A DNA stretch of 64,000 bases from an uncultured bacterium (GTDB lineage: Bacteria > UBA8481): NCBI GenBank assembly GCA_964499705.1, contig CAZCME010000004.1:1-64000 (forward strand), written 5' to 3'. Every line of letters starts with the position of its first letter. The stretch's first letter is position 1. A model generated the notes under the pieces. The model worked only from the letters and a program-made list of their open reading frames with translations, was not told where the DNA came from and did not search any database. Shown here in pieces: positions 61,077 to 64,000 of this stretch. The translations under genes and the position numbers were made by a program.

Positions 61077-61999
61077 GCGAACATCTCTCGACCGACTTCC
61101 TGATCGCCGGTGTCCGGACGCGTATCTCATCCGACAGGAATGATCCTCCGTATTCGGCCATGATCGAGGATTTGAGCGCGATGCGAACGACGGATCCCGG
61201 CGAAGCCGAATGCGAACTCATGCTCCATCCGCGCGGCTGGGACGAGCCGTCTCCCCTGAAACTCCCCGCTGACGCAAAGCTTCTACGAAGCGGCGGGCGC
61301 AAAGTGTTCGAACATGACGGCGCATATTTCATCGATTTCCATGAAGAGGCTTTTTTTCAGCTTCATGCGGCACGCATGGAGGGTGTCTGCTATTGGGGGC
61401 CCGAACTCGATCCGATGTTCTGGACGGAAATCTGCCTGCCGTATGTTCTTGCGCTGCTCTTGCGCCGGCGCGGATTGTTTCTCCTGCATGCGGGCGGCGC
61501 CGTATCTCCGGATGGAACCGCGATGCTCTTCACGGGTCGAAGCGGGGCGGGAAAATCCACGACCGCGTTCCGGCTGGCCGAAGCCGGATGGACCTATCTC
61601 GGAGACGACATGGTCTTCTACGATGCGCATTACCGGATCCATGCCTTCCCGAAGCTCGCGGCGGCGACCGAATGGACGGTCGAGCGTTTAAAGCTGCTCC
61701 CGCGCGTGCTCAGAATTCGCCCCACGGGAAAAAGAGTCATCCGCCCATGGCTCGCGCCGGCCATGCCCCCGGAAAAATTCCGCATCTTCGCGCCGATTCC
61801 CGCAACTTTCGCAAAAAATTCCATCGCTCCCCTGGATCTGGATTCCGCGGTGGAAATTCTGTCCGGCCAGGCGCAGTTCTGCCACACGGATCATATCGTC
61901 GGCGGTCCCGCGCCCGATCTTGTCCCGCTGGCGGCGCGTACCCTCGAGATCAGGATCGGCGATCTCGCATCGCTTCCTGATTTTCTCGCGGCAATCTGA
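61073..61999 (+). CDS. HPr-kinase-like P-loop protein (putative peptide kinase)
   Basis: LHAGGA, Walker A GRSGAGKST, YLGDD; GTGA overlap with the B2 gene. Confidence 0.8.
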   Translation: MSEHLSTDFLIAGVRTRISSDRNDPPYSAMIEDLSAMRTTDPGEAECELMLHPRGWDEPSPLKLPADAKLLRSGGRKVFEHDGAYFIDFHEEAFFQLHAARMEGVCYWGPELDPMFWTEICLPYVLALLLRRRGLFLLHAGGAVSPDGTAMLFTGRSGAGKSTTAFRLAEAGWTYLGDDMVFYDAHYRIHAFPKLAAATEWTVERLKLLPRVLRIRPTGKRVIRPWLAPAMPPEKFRIFAPIPATFAKNSIAPLDLDSAVEILSGQAQFCHTDHIVGGPAPDLVPLAARTLEIRIGDLASLPDFLAAI

Positions 62000-62004
62000 C
62001 CGGA

Positions 62005-62931
62005 TCAGTCCGCTCCGAAAACCCGCATCAGCCGTTCCCGGGTCTGCGGAAACTGAAAAAACGTCGATCGTCGGCGGGAGCCCAGAGTCCAGGTCCACAT
62101 TCCTCGCGGAACCGCGGCATCATGTTCGATCGAGAAAGGAAATGCGTCTCCGGGAGAAACCGGCATGGAATCGACGGGAAAGAGCGTCCGGAACCAATGC
62201 TGTCCGGACCACGCTTCATCGGGTTTCTCCTCCAGGACAACGCCGGGCGAAAGCCGGGCCGACCACCAGGCAAGAACAGCGTTGCATTCGCCGGATCGAT
62301 CGGCCACCAGCGTGCAGGATCCGGAAAACCGGTCGCCCGTCGCCGTCATGAGATCGATCTCCGGCAGCGAGGACCCGGGGCCGAGCAGCATCGACGGCTT
62401 GAGATAATCGGGAAACGTGTAATGCTCCATGCATTCCGCCAGCGCGGAAAAATCGAAACCGTACCGCTTCTCTCGCCAGAAAGCCGCTGCCTTGGCGACC
62501 GGTACCGAATTCACGAGCGCCACGCGAAGTTGGACGGCCGACGGAATAACGATTCCTTCCTGCTTCAAGAATCGGCGCGCCGATTCCATGACGGAGATGA
62601 TTTTCTCGTCCAGGAGCATATTGCCGATCATTTCACAGACGATCGTATCGACGGGTTCGATGGCGGACGGATCCAGCTTCCTGATGTCGTCGTGAATGAA
62701 CCGGACATTCGATCCGTTTTTCCTCGCGACGGCGCGCGCATAATCGATCATGTCGCCCGCCTCCACGGCGACCACGTCGGCGCCAAGACGCTCCGCCGCC
62801 AGGGCGAGAATGCCGGTGCCCGTACCCACGTCGAGAACGCGGCTGCCGGGCCGCACGCGTTGCTTCAGCGCGGCGAGAAAGGCGTTCGTTCGCACCTCGT
62901 CGCTCAGCAGGGCGGCATGATATTCAAGCAT
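62005..62931 (-). CDS. PRMT-fold SAM-dependent methyltransferase
   Basis: HAALLSDEVRT, VLDVGTGTGIL, double-E loop CEMIGNMLLDE, FLKQEG.VIP, FW...YGFDFS arm, QHW loop. Confidence 0.85.
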   Translation of the reverse strand: MLEYHAALLSDEVRTNAFLAALKQRVRPGSRVLDVGTGTGILALAAERLGADVVAVEAGDMIDYARAVARKNGSNVRFIHDDIRKLDPSAIEPVDTIVCEMIGNMLLDEKIISVMESARRFLKQEGIVIPSAVQLRVALVNSVPVAKAAAFWREKRYGFDFSALAECMEHYTFPDYLKPSMLLGPGSSLPEIDLMTATGDRFSGSCTLVADRSGECNAVLAWWSARLSPGVVLEEKPDEAWSGQHWFRTLFPVDSMPVSPGDAFPFSIEHDAAVPRGMWTWTLGSRRRSTFFQFPQTRERLMRVFGAD

Positions 62932-62949
62932 GAGGATGAAGAAAGATGA

Positions 62950-63147
62950 TCAGGGCATAAGCCAGGGAGGGATGTCCATCGGCGCCGAAGCGCCTCCGCA
63001 TCGCCCACTCTGGCAATTGATCGAGCTCCGCGTTCCGCTCGGCTGCTGATACGTCTCGATCCCCGTGTAGGGAAGCTTGTACCGGGTCAAATGCGGCTTG
63101 AGATAGGCCTTGCCCTTGTTCTCGTGGCAGCTCTCCGTCTTTTTCAT
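62950..63147 (-). CDS. Putative RiPP precursor peptide (65 aa)
   Basis: SD GAGGT, ATGA overlap with the rSAM stop, YLKPHL (YxxPxL) leader motif, Ser/Gly/Cys/Arg-containing core. Confidence 0.7.
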   Translation of the reverse strand: MKKTESCHENKGKAYLKPHLTRYKLPYTGIETYQQPSGTRSSINCQSGRCGGASAPMDIPPWLMP

Positions 63148-63998
63148 GCGGCACCTCGGATGAAGACTCCGTTTATGATGTCGTCGCGACCGAGCCAAGC
63201 GGCGGTCACTTCGCAATGATGCGGAGCGGGGCGGTCATAATGCCCCGTCTCCTGAACAAACTGACCCATGCAACGGTAGCGGCACGAGGAAAGCATCGAG
63301 CACGATTTGCACGTGGAGATCTCCGTGCCTTTCTGCATCCGGATTTCATTCAACCTCCGCGAATTTCTCCAGACGTGCCGGAACGGAGTGTGCCGGATAT
63401 TGCCGACCGATTCGGGAACCTGCGAGCAGGGATACAAGTCCCCCAGCGGACCCACCGCGAACCTGCTCCACCCCATGTTGCACATCTCCGGATGATCCTC
63501 GTCGATGCAGGATGAAAATTCCGGGCGGCCCGTCCATTCCGTATAGCGACTCTCGCACTCCCGGATCTCGGCGGGCGTCAGGCGGTCCGCGAGAAACCCG
63601 TCGTTGCCGGAAACGAAACGGGGCGTGATGTGATACGATGGTGCGAAGATGGCGCCGGCTTCTTCGCAGAGCCTTCCCAGCTCCGTGATCGAATCGAAGT
63701 TCGTCCTCATAACCGACATCTTGACGATCGTCTTGATGCCGGCATCGACCGAAAGTTTCACCTTGGGAAACGCCCGCGCGAATGCTCCGGGCATCTTCAC
63801 GAACCGGTCATGCGATGCTCCCACTCCATGAATCGAAAAATGCAGCTCCTGGATTTCCTGCGACACGAGATATTCGATGTCCTCCTCGGAGAGGACCGTC
63901 CCGTTCTGAAATATCTCATACCGGAATCTCAAGCGGCAGGCTTCGCGGACAATCTCCCGCCAGCCGCGGTGAACAAGCGGTTCCCCGCCGCTGAACGT
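63144..63998 (-). CDS. Radical SAM/SPASM-domain protein, 5'-truncated by the window edge
   Basis: Frame open to the edge: FSGGEP, QNGT, SIHG...HD; SPASM C.MG.......G.LYPC...GN....F..VW...CKSC.....C...C. Confidence 0.9.
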   Translation of the reverse strand, partial: TFSGGEPLVHRGWREIVREACRLRFRYEIFQNGTVLSEEDIEYLVSQEIQELHFSIHGVGASHDRFVKMPGAFARAFPKVKLSVDAGIKTIVKMSVMRTNFDSITELGRLCEEAGAIFAPSYHITPRFVSGNDGFLADRLTPAEIRECESRYTEWTGRPEFSSCIDEDHPEMCNMGWSRFAVGPLGDLYPCSQVPESVGNIRHTPFRHVWRNSRRLNEIRMQKGTEISTCKSCSMLSSCRYRCMGQFVQETGHYDRPAPHHCEVTAAWLGRDDIINGVFIRGAA

Positions 63999-64000
63999 GA

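Noticed and set aside
62924-63154. Alternative 76-aa ORF overlapping the precursor
   Set aside because: It lacks the leader motif and a well-placed SD. The 62950-63147 frame has an SD, ATGA coupling and YxxPxL. It is not formally excluded.
60666-63998. Canonical lasso peptide cluster
   Set aside because: There is no Asn-synthetase-like cyclase in the window and no convincing macrolactam register in the core. This is provisional because the cluster is truncated.

Overview
GC-rich chromosomal segment from a diderm bacterium (Kdo and heptose genes, PorV-like barrels), with most genes on the minus strand. Housekeeping blocks are tRNA-Phe, tRNA-Leu, rpmE-prfA-prmC-murA, rrf2/iscR-iscS-iscA, a glutaredoxin-TrxB fusion, gmhA-hldA-hldC-kdsB-pyrG-rlmB-panC, thiD, a nitrite/sulfite reductase, yggS, an aldolase, manC, a GDPD and trmB. 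Two accessory systems stand out. (1) At 23.3-51.8 kb, two paralogous giant secreted repeat proteins (~3,770 and ~4,270 aa) end in T9SS-type C-terminal sorting domains, and each is followed by its own PorV-like barrel. A GT-C (PMT/ArnT-like) glycosyltransferase lies between the two pairs. Almost every Asp in the repeats is followed by Ser/Thr, matching the Bacteroidota-type O-glycosylation sequon, and a Fur-like box overlaps the upstream promoter. (2) At 60.6-64 kb, an apparently hybrid RiPP cluster is cut by the window edge. It encodes a radical SAM/SPASM enzyme, a 65-aa precursor with a lasso-type YxxPxL leader motif, a eukaryote-like PRMT-fold methyltransferase, an HPr-kinase-like protein and a lasso B2-type peptidase, but no lasso cyclase in the window. 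Smaller oddities include many apparently leaderless genes, a CTG-start iscS, two mini-ORFs bridging operon junctions, sigma54/LacI/palindromic sites and a nested inverted-repeat element. All calls come from reading motifs by eye; no database search was run.
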